64,000 bases of DNA from the human T2T-CHM13v2.0 reference genome, Homo sapiens: the NCBI RefSeq assembly GCF_009914755.1, contig NC_060946.1, one strand, 5' to 3'. A model generated the notes under the pieces. The model made no database searches. It saw only the letters and a list, made by a program, of their open reading frames with translations, and was not told the origin of the DNA. The position numbers and the translations under genes were made by a program. Each line of letters opens with the position of its first letter. Within the stretch, counting starts at the first letter, position 1. Below are positions 30,132 to 44,999 of this stretch, piece by piece.

Positions 30132-30415
30132 TTGAGATGGGGTCTCACTTTGTCACCCAGGCTGCAGTGCAGTGGTGCAAACAGGGCTCCCTACAGCCTT
30201 GACCTCCTGGGCTCAAGCAATACTCCTGCCTCAGCCTCCTGAGTGGCTGGGACCACAGGTGTGCATCACCACACCTGACTAATTTGTAAGTTTTTTTGTA
30301 GAGACGGGTTTCGCCATGTTGCCCAGGCTGGTCTCAAACTCCTGGGCTCATACTCTCCTCCGACCTTGGCTTATCAAAATGCTGAGATTACAGGCATAAG
30401 CCACCATACCTGGCC
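30132..30415 (-). mobile_element. AluJ
   Basis: acagccttgacctcctgggctcaagc (J-type). Confidence 0.93.
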
Positions 30416-30782
30416 TCCTATGATTTTAAGTAGCTGTATAATCTACAAAATACAATAACTTAATTGACCCACTAGTAGGATCTGTTTATCTACGGTCTGC
30501 CTCTGAAAAAATATCTGGCATATGCCCATGCTTGTTCCTCATTGTGGCCTTCTTGCTTATGGTCATTATTTCATTTTCTATATAGTTACCTTCTATTTTT
30601 CTAAAACTTTGTTAAAGGCAGAATGTCTATTGTTTCATCTTTATATTCCCAGTGTGTGCAATGGTACATAGTAATACTAAATACTTGTTGAATGAATAAC
30701 TATTGACCTACCCAAAGATAAATACCTAATAAGTGACAGAAATGCCATTATACCTCTCAGTCTAGCTCTCTCTTTCCATTAG

Positions 30783-31164
<382 letters not shown>

Positions 31165-31559
31165 TAAGTTTTTTGTTCCTCCATGATCTGGCCTATCCTC
31201 TCTCACCAATCCTGTCCTCCTTGACTTCAAAATAAGGCCACCTTACTCCATACATTGTGCTCTCTTCTCTGTCTTTCCCACCAGTCATGCTAACCCCCAC
31301 CCAGGTCATAACTTAGTCTGTTGCTCTATTCTGGAATTCCTTCCCTTCTCAGGTCCTTCCGTCCCAGTTACACCCATCATTCACCAACCAGCTTGTCTCA
31401 GAATCTTCTCTTCTCTAAACCCATGTCATAATTTTAGTATATATAGTCTGGTACTAGCTATTCTCTGATTGTTTCGTATTTGTTAGAATTTCCTCTCCTA
31501 TTATCTTTTTAAGGTAGCAACTATATTTTAACAATAATAGCTACAATTTATTATGTGAC

Positions 31560-31950
31560 TGTGATAGCTCATATTATTTGTTCAAAATATTCACTGCTTC
31601 TCTGTATCTAGCCCATTTAACCTCCCTTTGAGGTGAGTATACTTCCTGCTCCAGTGATGTCAGGCTTGGCCATGTGACTAGCTTTAGCCAATAGAATGTG
31701 AGTACAAGTGTTATATGCCACATCTGAACAGAATTTTAAGAGCCATAATGTGGTTCCATCATGCTTCTTTTCTCTCTGTCATGAGGCTGGGATCTCTCAG
31801 ATAAGGGTGAGCCCAGTCTAGGTCCTAAAAGAAAGAAGTTGTGGAACAGGCCTACAATTGACCTACAGTCAATGTGAATAAGTAATGTGAGTGAGAACTA
31901 AACCTTTGTTCATTGAGATTTGGGGATTGTTACCCAGAATAATGTGAGCA
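31560..31950 (+). mobile_element. MLT1 (I/J-like) LTR
   Basis: caggcttggccatgtgactagctttagccaatagaatgtgag...aaacctttgttcattgagatttggggattgttac. Confidence 0.75.
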
Positions 31951-32186
31951 AATAACTTTCATCCTGTTGCTGCTTTCCCCATCCCCACCTTTCCAACCTA
32001 TACAATAATAATAATGACAACAACTGCAACCTAAGAAATTTCAAGAAGTTACTTAGGAAGTTCTATGGCTTTCCTTACCTCAAGTCAAAGTGGGACTAGG
32101 GGCTTCCAAGAAAATTAGTAATAAAAATTGAGAATACCTGTAGTAAGAGAAGATTGGCATCTCATTCCCCATTTGAATTATGAGAC

Positions 32187-32343
32187 CAGCTGTTCTCAAA
32201 TTTTAGCATGCAACAGAATCACCTAGATGGCTTATTAGAACACAGATCATTAGGTCCCACTGGGCCCAAAAATTTTACATGTCTAACAAATTTCCAGGTG
32301 ATACTAATATTCCAGTCTAGAGACCAGGCTTTGAGAAATACTA
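32187..32343. mobile_element. MER5A (hAT-Charlie)
   Basis: cagctgttctcaaa...cagaatcacct...tctaacaaatttccaggtgat...ctttgagaaatact. Confidence 0.8.
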
Positions 32344-32618
32344 GATTAGGCAATGAATATTTGATCTGCCATTATAACTTGAGAGAACTGGCAGAAAGAG
32401 GGACAACAGTACAATAGCTTAAATGCCCATAATTTGATACAGCAAAGATATGCAAATTTCCAAAACTTAGGCACCACAGATGGCTTGGGACATCTTCCTG
32501 GTATCCTACCCAAGATGACTGCCAGAAGGCAAGGGGATTCCACAGAAGGAGGCTTTTGGCTGTGCCACTTGATGCGGATGCTGAAAGAAGTTGAAAGAAA
32601 CAGAGCTGGAACTTACTA

Positions 32619-33383
<765 letters not shown>

Positions 33384-34218
33384 AAGAAATTGCAATGGGA
33401 AGCCACCTTAAAGGGTCCTCCAAAAAATTAATATACATGATCTCACGAGAGAACTATCATTTGGATACCTGCCAATGTCAACCCTTAAAAACTGCAACGA
33501 CCAACAGTGAGTAAATTACAACAGCACCAGTAAGGTAAGAGACATTTAACCCTTTCCATCATCTTCCTTCACATACTAACACATTGGAAGAGCTAGAGAC
33601 CCAGAAGAGATGGGGAGGAGACGTTTACAAAAAAGTTCCCTCCTAATGAAGTCTGGGCCACTGTCTCTGGAGAAAAGGGAAAGAAGGACTTTGAACTGGA
33701 TGTGATACTGGAGTTTTAAATTTAACCAGAATTAATTTTTAATACCAAAAGTATGCAGACAGTTATGGAATCTGGAATCTTCCCAGAAACAGGGACTTGG
33801 CAAAGCATGGTTGAAGGAAGTGTTTGTAGGAAAATTAAGTCATGTATTTATATCCCCATAAGACTAGTGAGGAAGCATATGCATATTTACTGTATCAGTA
33901 GCTTCATTTTCCTGATTACCTGCATATCTTTTATGATTTCTTGATTTTTATTTTTCAATTTTCTTTAGGAAAGGTTTTTTCTATCTATGAAAAAGACTAA
34001 ATTAAGTGGTGATAAAATTCTATCTGTCTTCACTTCCTCACTTTGGAAGGAAAAAAAATCTTAAGAGCTGAATCTTCTTTAGAACAGAACTTAAAATGAA
34101 ATATCCTCTTTCTCGCTCAGTATCAGGACTTGTATTTTATCTCTACTTTTTCTACTATCTCTTAAGTTTTTCCCTCTGTTATCACTTCATTTTCAATACT
34201 GGAAAAGATGATACTTAC

Positions 34219-34503
34219 CCCACTGTTAATGCTCCCAGAATTTTTACATCTATCTAACTGAACTGCAGCATTCTTCACTGCTTTAATGTCCTCTTCCAGA
34301 ACAGAAGGAAGCAATACTCCTTGAAAGCCATTTATATTAAGCCAGATTTCAACTCACGAAAGAACTTGAAATGACCTGATATTGTGGTCTTTTACAGACT
34401 TCACACCAGATGCTTTCCATTTTTATAGACTCCCCCAAAACTTCACTTTCTTACTGGATTTCTGTACCTCTGTGTGTCCAGTGATCATATATAACAAGCA
34501 GAA
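34219..34503 (-). other. Candidate non-coding (5'UTR-type) internal exon, 285 nt
   Basis: Acceptor tgatgttttatag|TTC and donor GGG|GTAAGT; unique sequence; five ATGs, each closing within the exon. Confidence 0.45.
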
Positions 34504-34775
34504 CTATAAAACATCATAGATTTACATTTTCTGGTTACTAACTTAGGTTTACAAACTGGTTTGTCTCATTTGGTAGAAAAATATTTTCTTCAGCTAGCTT
34601 CCTAAAACACAATCAGGATAAATTCTGCATATAGGCAAACAGCCAGAGTACAATAAGTTAGACCTAGATAAGGAGAAGAGAACCAGAAGTTCAATTTTAA
34701 TTTTTAAAAAATCTGAATTCCAGAAACAGTCAATTTCCCAACTTTATAGGAGGCACAAAATTATGCCTTATCCTG

Positions 34776-35068
34776 GGCCGGGCACCGTGGCTCACTCCTG
34801 TAATCCTAGCACTTTGGGAGGCCGAGGCAGGCGGATCACAAGGTTAGGAGTTCGAAACCAGCCTGACCAACAAGGTGAAACCCCGTTTCTACTAAAAATA
34901 CAAAAATTAGGCCGGCGTGGTGGTGTGTGCCTGTAATCCCAGCTACTCACGAGGCTGAAGCAGGAGAATCGCTTGAACCTAGGGAGTGGAAGTTGCAGTG
35001 AGCCTAGATGGTGCCACTGCACTCCAGCGTGGGCAACAAGAGCGAAACTCCGTCTCAAAAAAAAAAAA
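34776..35068 (+). mobile_element. AluS (Sq/Sg-like)
   Basis: TSD aaaattatgccttatcctg at 34757-34775 and 35065-35083. Confidence 0.95.
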
Positions 35069-35089
35069 TTATGCCTTATCCTGATTATA

Positions 35090-35577
35090 TTAATCATAGT
35101 TAGATTTAGGTCCTAAATAATTCAAAGTAATAGTGGCTTAACATAAGGGAGACGTTTAATTTTCTCTGATATTAACAAAGACCAGACATCAGGAATCAAA
35201 GGTTGATATGCTATCTCAACTATCATCAAAGACCTGTTCCCCTATTCTCCTGCCCCATCTTCGACATATAACTTTCAATTACAGTCCAAGATAGCTGCTT
35301 AAGTACCAGCTGTCATATCCATATTCCAACCAGGAGGAAAGAGAAAGGAAGAAAGGCACATTCTTCCCTATAAAGATATGTCCAAGAAATTGCACTTGAT
35401 ACTTCTGCTTATATCCCACTGACCAGAATTTCATTTTATTCCTCTATACTAGCTGTAAAGTTGGAAAATGTAGCCTTTATTCTGTGTGGCCAAAGGTCTA
35501 GTTAATAACTACAGAGTTTATTGCTAAGGAAGAAACGGAAGTGATTATTGGGGGAACAGCTAGCAATTTCTGCCACA
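35090..35577 (-). mobile_element. MLT1-type LTR
   Basis: tagtggcttaacataag...cttctgcttatatcccactgaccagaa...gcaatttctgccaca. Confidence 0.65.
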
Positions 35578-36240
35578 GTGATTATCACATTTTATTGTTT
35601 CTGAGCCCCAGGACTTAACTTGTTACCTCAGGCAAGTCAATTTACATTTTTCTCACAAAAGTCTCCCAATACTTCGCATGAAGAGCATCCACTAGAGAAA
35701 TGCCAGAAAATACAGGATCATCCTGGGAATGCCAAGAAATTCTCAACATAGAGGCAGCAGTAAATTTACTAAGAATTTTAGGTAGCAGTTGAATAAAACA
35801 ATGCTGAGTTGATGCTCTCTGTTTCCTCTTTCCCCTTGAGATCCTTCCTCTATATTGCAGGTACAGACAGCAAAAATTTCTATTACCTAGCATTAATACT
35901 ATATAAGATATGGTATGCCAAACCAAAGTAATAAATCTAAAGAAATCACACAGAGTACCAAGAATGCGAAATGTGACTTGGCACTAAGACTAGCAAAGAG
36001 CAGCACAGTGTGTGATTAATCCTGCATGGCCACATTTACATCTCTAATTTGCTCATATAAATGCATTAAGCCAGATGGTTTTAGAGACTAGCACTCACAT
36101 ATACTCGTGGGTCAACACCCGCGTCTTATGTACTTTATGGGTGCCCAGGCTTGGGCAATACCCACCCTTCACCCTTCACTACTTTTCTAGCATAAGCCCC
36201 CTTATTTTTCTCCACTTCCCATAATCAGTATTCTCACATT

Positions 36241-36242
36241 AT

Positions 36243-36290
<48 letters not shown>
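36241..36290. repeat. (AC)19 microsatellite with ATAC lead-in
   Basis: Read directly. Confidence 0.95.
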
Positions 36291-36292
<2 letters not shown>

Positions 36293-36572
36293 CTATGCCA
36301 GTATCTGTTGTGACCTTGCTAAGTAATACATTAGGAGGATATGAGGAGGCAACTGTCACTTTAATTTAGAACACATTAAGAAGATAATTTTTTAAGTGGG
36401 CATTCTATTCTATTTGTGAAGAATTAGAACCCCCATCCAAAAATGGAGTCATATACTTTGTTAATATAAATCATGTTCCATCTACTAAAGAATAATCCAC
36501 ACTAATAACTGGAATTCTTGAAAATGTAATCAAATTCTAAACGAATGCTTTCATTTGTTAAATTTTAAAACT

Positions 36573-36864
36573 TACCAGGCATGGTGGCTCACATCTGTAA
36601 TCCCAACACTTTGGGAGACCCAGGCAGGAGACTCACTTGAGCCCAGGAATTTGAGCCCAGCCTGGACAACATAGTGAGACCCTGTCTCTACAAACAAAAC
36701 AATAAAAATTAGCCAGGGTTGGTGGTGCACATCTGTGGTCCCAGCTATTCAGGAGGCTGAGGTGGGAGGATCACTTGGGCCCAGGAGGTCAGGGTTGCTG
36801 TGAGCTGTGATTGCACCACTGCACTCCAGCCTAGGTGACAAAATGAGACCCTGTCTCAAAAAAA
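36573..36864 (+). mobile_element. AluJo-like
   Basis: cacttgagcccagg, ggaggatcacttg, gagctgtgattgc. Confidence 0.93.
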
Positions 36865-37120
36865 TACATATACTGATTTCTAATTATTACAATAATTCTA
36901 TATTTATTGATTTGTTGGCATCTACCTCCAACCAGACACATCATGTGAGCCTATTCAGTGAGGCAGCTGTAGTAGCAATTTGTTTCTAGACTAACAATAT
37001 ATTGTTAAATATGGTCATTTTCTTCTATCTCAAGTGCTAGCAATTGACAGATTCTCAATTAGTCTTCACTATGGAATTGTAATATTAGGAATTGTACATG
37101 ACAAGCAAATATAAAACTAA

Positions 37121-37508
<388 letters not shown>

Positions 37509-37958
37509 TAAGAGATTTTTTTATTTCAGAGAAATAAGGTACAAAGTAAGAATGCTATGAAAATATGATCATAAGTTCAAAAAGAAAACATCCTCAAAGA
37601 ATGTGAGCATGGTTTGGGGGCAATGAACACAATCCTCTCTGAGAAAAAGCTGAATGGATCCCTGCAGCACGTCTGCAGCTGATCTACAAATGCTGGGAGC
37701 AGTTATAGGAGGGGATCTTCAAGTTCACAATGCAACTAGAAGAGGCCCAGGTTTGCAATCCCAAGACCCACAGAATCTATTTATTTCAGTGACGACAAAA
37801 GCTACTTAAATCAACAATCTGAGGGGAAACAAACAGTAAAGATACACAAGAATCTCATTCTCTATGTCTCCTCTCCCCCATCTAAGCTCAGGTTATCATT
37901 TCTTTTCTTTCATCCTTCATTTCTTTCATACTTAAAAGAGTTCATCTCTCATAATGCT

Positions 37959-38272
37959 TTTTTTTTTTGAGACAGAGTCTCACTCTGTCGCCCAGGCTGG
38001 AGTGCAATGGCACACTGCAAGCTGTTGGCCCACTGCAAGCTGCAGCTCCCGGGTTCACGCCATTCTCCTGCCTCAGCCTCCAGAGTAGCTGGGACTACAG
38101 GTGCCCGCCAACTCGCCCGGCTAATTTTTTTTTTTTTTTTTTTTTTGTATTTTTAGTAGAGACGGGGTTTCATCCTGTTAGCCAGGATGGTCTCGATCTC
38201 CTGACCTCATGATCCACCCACCTCTGCCTCTCTAAGAGCTGCGATTACAGGCATGAGCCACCGCGCCTGGCC
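37959..38272 (-). mobile_element. AluY with internal 12-bp duplication
   Basis: gggttcacgccattctcc, gttagccaggatggtctcgatc; TSD cataatgct. Confidence 0.95.
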
Positions 38273-38798
38273 CATAATGCTATCTTGCGGGTTACAATTA
38301 TAAGACTGGCTCTCATTTGGTTTTAAGAGCAAAGGGATGATAATCATTAAATGTCTAATACTAGTTGTTAGATTCACCCTGCCTGGTGCAACCAAAACAC
38401 TCCAATTATTTTCAAGAACATGCATTTATTCTGCCTCTAATTATAGCTAAATTAGCAACGTTAATTACTCATCCTTTCTTCTCTAGGAACTGCACCTCCT
38501 CAACGACTGTGAAGTCTGAGGCCATGTTTGTCCTGCATGAGCCTTCCCCCTGGCCTATGAAACTTAACCAGGGTTGGACACTTGACCAAATTAGAGCTTC
38601 AGACTACCTCTTGTGGGAATCTGGAACTGATAATCAACCATCTTGTTAGTCCGAAGTATTCTCTTGTGAACCCAGGACCCAAGGCCATCATTGTTGGTAA
38701 TATATGCTTGGCACCTGTATGCCAAAGCAGAGAAAGCTAGTCTTCAGAAAAAGGGAGAACCACGAAGAACTGCAGAAAGAAAAGTAGCAGTAAGAGAC

Positions 38799-39664
38799 TA
38801 TGGTAAACTAAATAACAGCCCCCGAAGATATCCAAGTCCTAATCTCTGGAATCTGTAATGCTAGTTTATATGGCAAGAGGTACTTTGCACATGTGATCAA
38901 ATTAAGGATCAAAAAAATAAAAAAATGGGGAGAATATTATGGATTAGCCAGCTAAGCCCTAAATATAATCTTAAGTGACCTTATAAGAGGGAGGCAGAGG
39001 GAGATTTTACTACAGAAGAAGAAGGCAATGTGATAACTAAAACAAAATGCCATACTGCTTTGAAGATGAAGAAAGAGAATATGAATAAAGGCAGGCAAGA
39101 AATACAGCTCTATATAATGGAAAAGGCAAGGAAACACATTCTCTCCTAGAGCCTCCAGAGGGAACACAGCCCTGGCAAGATACCTTGATCTGAGCCTAGT
39201 GAAATTAATTTCAGACTTTTGAGCTTCCAGAACTTTTAATTTCTAATTTTTTATTTCATTTATTATTTTATTTACTTATTTATTTTTGGAGACAGGGTCT
39301 CACTCTGCTGCCCAGGCTGGAGTGCAGTGGTGTGATCACAGTTCACTATGCACCTTGAACTCCTGAGCTCAAGTGATCCTCTTGCCTCAACTTCCACAGT
39401 AGCTGAGACTATAGGCATGTACCACCACATCCAGTTAATTTTTTTCTTTTCCTCTTTTTCTTACAGATGGGGTCTTGCTATGTTGCCCAAGCTAGTCTCA
39501 AACTCCTGGGCCTCAAGTGATCCTCCTGCCTCGACCTCTCAAAGCACTGGGATTACAGGCATAAGCCACCACACTCAGCCTAGAATTTTAGAAGAATAAA
39601 TCTAAATTGTTTAAGCCATTAACTATGTGGTAATTTATTACAGTGGCAACAGGAAACTAATATA
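38799..39664 (+). mobile_element. MLT1D/C-like solo LTR interrupted by AluJ
   Basis: aagatatccaagtcctaatctctggaatctgt...ggaaactaatata; 5-bp TSD gagac. Confidence 0.85.
39241..39580 (-). mobile_element. AluJ
   Basis: Antisense Alu with (TTTA)n tail. Confidence 0.92.
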
Positions 39665-40301
39665 GAGACAATGTGGCCTTAAACGCAGAGACTAAGAGGT
39701 GGCTGGCTGGGTTCCTAACTACTTTCTATTTCATTCTTTCACGTTTTCATGCAGCTTAGCCTGAACATCTTGCTATTGGGTTCCATGAGATACCAGTGTT
39801 TCATGACAATAAATTCAACATTTTGCTTAAGCCCACCAGAGTCTTAGCTAAGATATAAGCAAGCCCAAGAAGAAGCTATGCAATGTAATTTGAAAAGAAT
39901 CATAACTCACAGTCTCCAAAAAAAAATGCATCTGCCTCCAAGGTCTAAAACAGTGCCCCAAATTTCTACCATAGGAGTCACCCTTGTAGCTTTAGGTATT
40001 GTATGTAGAATGCCCTGTCTTAAAGTGTAACTTTATTTTTATCCAATAATAGAATTCTCTAATATAACTGCATAAACTGAATCAGCATGCGTTTTTTGAC
40101 AAAATAATGTAAGAAAAACTTACATTTTGCCCTAAAGAATTGGAGTCCAAGAAAAGTACGTTTGTAAGAAGGAAGTTACAAGAAACTGGAACGTAAAACA
40201 GCCGTCTGAGAAGGCAAAAATCAGTAAGGCAATAATATAGAAAAAGGAGGTTTTAGCAGGTGAAGAACAACACAAGAGAAGTGAGTACTAAGAGAAGGTT
40301 A

Positions 40302-40340
40302 GACTCGAAATGTGGAGATGACTCGAAATGTGGAGATGAC
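40302..40340. repeat. Perfect 18-bp tandem duplication (gactcgaaatgtggagat)x2
   Basis: Read directly. Confidence 0.95.
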
Positions 40341-41981
40341 AAGCACAGATTTTCTCCACATTTCAGCCGAAGGCCTACAGATTTAGAGGATCAACAGAGA
40401 AGCCAAAATATGCTTCACAAATCAAACCTATCTTAGACGCTCAGTACAAAAACTATACTCTACCAACATGAATCCCAGACCTTAACAGAATGAGGAAAGC
40501 AGTCCATTTTCAACAATGAAAAATGAGCAGGTTCACCAATACTTTCATCTTTCAACGCTTGGAAAATTGTACTTTTGTGAATAATTATTAAAAGTCTACC
40601 AGTCTTTAGTTTTCATAACAGTATGCAGAACAACTCTTTTCCAAAAAACCATTATCCTTCCATGTAGTACCTTTATGGAATAGGTCATTAGGTGCTGGAA
40701 CTCTTTGTACCTCAATCTTCAATTCACATCAAAAGGCAAAATGTCATTAAAAACTTTGATTAGCGATGCAGAAAAGCAAAATCCCAGTATAATAAAAACC
40801 TAATCCAGGTTGAAATGTTACAGCTAAAATCATCAGAAATAAAGATATAATTTCCTAGAACAGTCTCTGTGACAAAAGACCTAGGAGGGAAAAATGCATG
40901 TTTAACATAAACTAGGAAGAGCTTGTATTATTTGGTGAAGAAAATGCAGAGTGTCCTGAACAATAAATAACTAAAGTATCATTTATCACTTGGAAACAAC
41001 AGGGAGCATGAAAGGGCACAACAAGGGAGCAATCACTCAAACAGGATTACTCATGAACTCCAAATGCTCGTCACTAATTACAAATTATCCCATAATACTC
41101 TGAAATGATCAAATAGGTTAATATATGATTTGAATTAATCTTCCTAGGTTTAAGATTTTCCTCTAATCCACTGAACCTTAGAAGCAGTGGAGTGTGATTT
41201 CTGTATAACAAGAGAAAGAACACTAGGAACATTAACATAATATTCCAATCTTTTGCCAGGCCAGTATCAGATACAGCTCTTTTGCGAGGGTAAAAACTTA
41301 ATGCTTCATGTTCTGACCTTTATTAGGATATATCTCTTAAAGAAAGGTCTATTCAAAGCCAGAGAATATCTTTGAGTCTCTGGAGTGCAGTGACTGTGCT
41401 CAAAGCATCTTTGAATCTTCAACATTTAATAAATGATGTATGATTGATTGATAAATGAATGATACAATATCACAAACCTTTCTTCAAAGATTCTGCCTTT
41501 CCTGAATAGCTAATAAAAGCCCCTCAATAAGATACCATACACTAATCAAACTAAGAAACACAAAAGAGCATCTATTTGTATCTATCATTCTATTAATTTA
41601 CATCAAACATTATATCTATCTATCACGTTTCAATTCTCCGCCTTGTATGAGTTTCTTCTTGATTTCCCTATCACTCTTCTTTTTAAAAATACATTGACAT
41701 TTCTTTAGTTAAATGGTTGCTATTATCTTTATAAAGCATAATGGTAAAGACTGACTTGTGTAACCATTCTTTAGCAGTGGGAGTTATGAACCTTAAGCGG
41801 TGAAGAAATCATTCTTGGGGAGATAGGAGGCAAAACGGACAGGATAGAAGAACTGCACTTGATGACTTGTCCTGGGTGGTATTAATAGTTTCATAGACAT
41901 TTGCTTACTAATAGATTATTGAATTATACATTTTGTTTTGTATACCTTCATGTTTCTAGATTAATTTTTGACAAAAAGAAA

Positions 41982-41982
<1 letters not shown>

Positions 41983-42031
<49 letters not shown>
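41983..42031. repeat. (TG)24 microsatellite
   Basis: Read directly. Confidence 0.97.
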
Positions 42032-42033
<2 letters not shown>

Positions 42034-42089
42034 CCTCAAATATATAAAGAATGAAACTGCAACCGTAAAATAAGAACAGGTTACTTTTA

Positions 42090-42412
42090 AATTCGAAGAC
42101 CAGTTCAGGCAAGTTATATCTGCATAACAAACATTCCTAAAAAAGGGAACAGAGAAAACAGGGAGGAAATGATCAAAGAAATAATTCCAAAAAATTCCCA
42201 AAGGACACTGTTTTCTAGATAGAAAAGGCCCACCAAGTGACCAATACCATGAATGAACACACACTCACATCAAGCCATAGTAACAAGAAGTTTCAGAACA
42301 CTGAAAATCTTACAAGCTTCTAACAAAAGATTTAATATCAGATTTAATATCAGAATGGAGAAAGAAAGGATTTGGAATTAGAATGGCTTTAGACTTCTCA
42401 ATAGGAACACTC
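42090..42412 (+). mobile_element. HAL1/L1M ORF1-like relic
   Basis: gaacagagaaaacagggaggaaatgatcaaagaaataatt...gaaaaggcccaccaagt...attagaatggctttagacttctca. Confidence 0.55.
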
Positions 42413-42654
42413 TATTTAAGCTAGTTTAGGCTTCTTGTTCCTTCCTAAGGTAAGCAAAAGAGCCTCAGCTAAAACACTATTAATCTCATTGTATTTGGAA
42501 AATGCATAATCCAAAAAAATAAAAAGAGAAGGTGGCTCATAATTATTCTTATAAACACGAGGATTTCTTTACACTATAATGAAATAAAAATGAAAAAGGT
42601 ATGAAAGCTGAAAATAATAAAGTCAACTAACTTAGTAACTGTCAAAAATATTCT

Positions 42655-43469
42655 TATTATAGGCTGAATTAATATGTTGAGGTCCTAATCCTCAGTACCT
42701 CAGAATGTAACTGTATTTGGATATAATGCCTTTAAAGAGAATTAATTTTGTAAAATGAGGTCATATTGAGATAGGAAGTAGGACTCAACTCTGGAGGTGG
42801 GGCTTGAATTCGGGACCAGATTGAGGACTAGCTAAAACAGGGAAGAGGCAAAAACACCTCTCCATAAGACACGCCCAATGGTCAGTTTACTATTGCCATG
42901 GCAATAACTGGAAGTTACCACCCCTTTCCATGGCAACTACCTAGAAGTTGCCACCTATTTTCTAGAAATTTCTGAATAACCCACCCCTTGATTTGCATAT
43001 AATTAAAAGTGGGTCTAAATATGACTGCAGGACTGCCACTGAGCTGCTACTTGGGAAACACTGCCTATGGGGTACCTCTGCTGCTGCTGTACACTGCCAC
43101 TTTCAATAAAAGCTGCTAACACCACTGCATGCCCTTGAATTCTTTCTTGGGCAAAGCCAAGAACCCTCCTGGGCTAAGCCCCACTTTGGGGGCTCACCTG
43201 CCCTGCATCAATATGAGTGAGCCCTAATCTAATATGATTGTTGTCTTTATAAGAAGAAGAGATTAGGGCACAGACATACCTGGAGGAAAGACAATGTGAA
43301 AGAAGCAGACCATCTAAAAGCCAAAGAGAGAAGCCTCAAAAGAAATCAACCCTCCTGACACCATGTCCTGGTCTCCTATCTTCCAGAACTATGATAAAAG
43401 AAAATTTTTTGTTGTTTAAGCTATCCAGTTTGTGGTACTTTGTTACAGGAGCCTTAGCAAACTAATACA
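42655..43469 (+). mobile_element. MLT1A-like solo LTR interrupted by an ERV1 LTR
   Basis: cagtacctcagaatgtaactgtatttgga...ccttagcaaactaataca; 5-bp TSD attct. Confidence 0.85.
42767..43210 (+). mobile_element. ERV1 solo LTR (MER66-like)
   Basis: TG...CA ends, 4-bp TSD atat, aataaa, accagattgaggactagctaaaacaggg. Confidence 0.8.
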
Positions 43470-43499
43470 ATTCTATTAATACCCTGCTAAAATAATTAC

Positions 43500-44460
43500 T
43501 ACCAGTTAAACATGACAGATTAAACACGAATTTAGATCTTCTCTCTTCCAAAATCCCACTAAAATGACATTTTAAAAATGTTATAAACTCACAAGGAAAA
43601 AAAGATCAGGAGAAGAGGCAAAGACAGCAAAGTTTTAAAAGCTAGAAAGCAGATGAACAAGTGGTAACTGACTTAGCAGAACCAAAGAACTGACTTGGCA
43701 GAAGCAAAACTTAAGCCAGTAAGGAAAGCTGAGAAGCAAACCAATGTATTTATATGTATATCAGAATCCCTATAAGGCTCAGAAAGTAGAAGTACCATGT
43801 ACCTCTGGAACCTGAGATGAAGACAAGGCTAAAAACTGGAAGAGAGGTTCAAAGTCTGTTTAAGAAGCAGTTACACTCCCAGAAGACTCCTCCCTCTTAT
43901 TGCAAAGCCTGAAGAGAGGAAAACAAAGTTCTCTGGGCTGGGAGATACCAGGTGTGGTTAGAGGGTTCCATAATGAAAAACATGTAGATGAATTAAAGGC
44001 TTACATGTTTGGCCCTCAGAACACTGACATCAAGCCAAACATGTACCCTCAGGCAGAAAAGTAGAAGAGTTGGTGCTGCAAACTGACTACATCTAAGGTA
44101 GAACAAAAGACTCAAAAGGATTCTATTAGGCATTCTCTAAGTATATAGCGCAGCCAGATCACCATGTGATAAATAGCATAGTCAATTGGCCCTGCCCTTG
44201 CTCAGAGAGCTTGCATTAAGTTTTATTGTACCTCACTCTTGAATAGAAGCAGAAAAGTAAGAATGACAGATGTTTTCTGGAAAATATCTAATATAAAAGG
44301 CAGGCACCAAAGCAAACAAAAAAAAGTAATTTGGGGAAAATAGAGAATATGCACATATATGAGAATTTCAAAAAGCTAATCATTAATATCCTCAAGGATA
44401 ATAAGAGAATCATGTTTGAATGAAAAAGGAACAGGCTTTACTAAAAAAGAACATTAAGAA
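43500..44460 (+). mobile_element. HAL1/L1M 5' region relic
   Basis: aaactcacaagg...aagctagaaagcagatgaacaagtggtaactgacttagcaga; similar to 61830-62205. Confidence 0.55.
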
Positions 44461-44467
44461 AACAAAA

Positions 44468-44999
<532 letters not shown>

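Noticed and set aside
42328-42354. 12-bp tandem duplication; similar small repeats at 43666-43709 and 60409-60458; 9-bp hairpins at 17534-17552 and 50225-50245
   Set aside because: Ordinary slippage or chance-level structures in AT-rich DNA.
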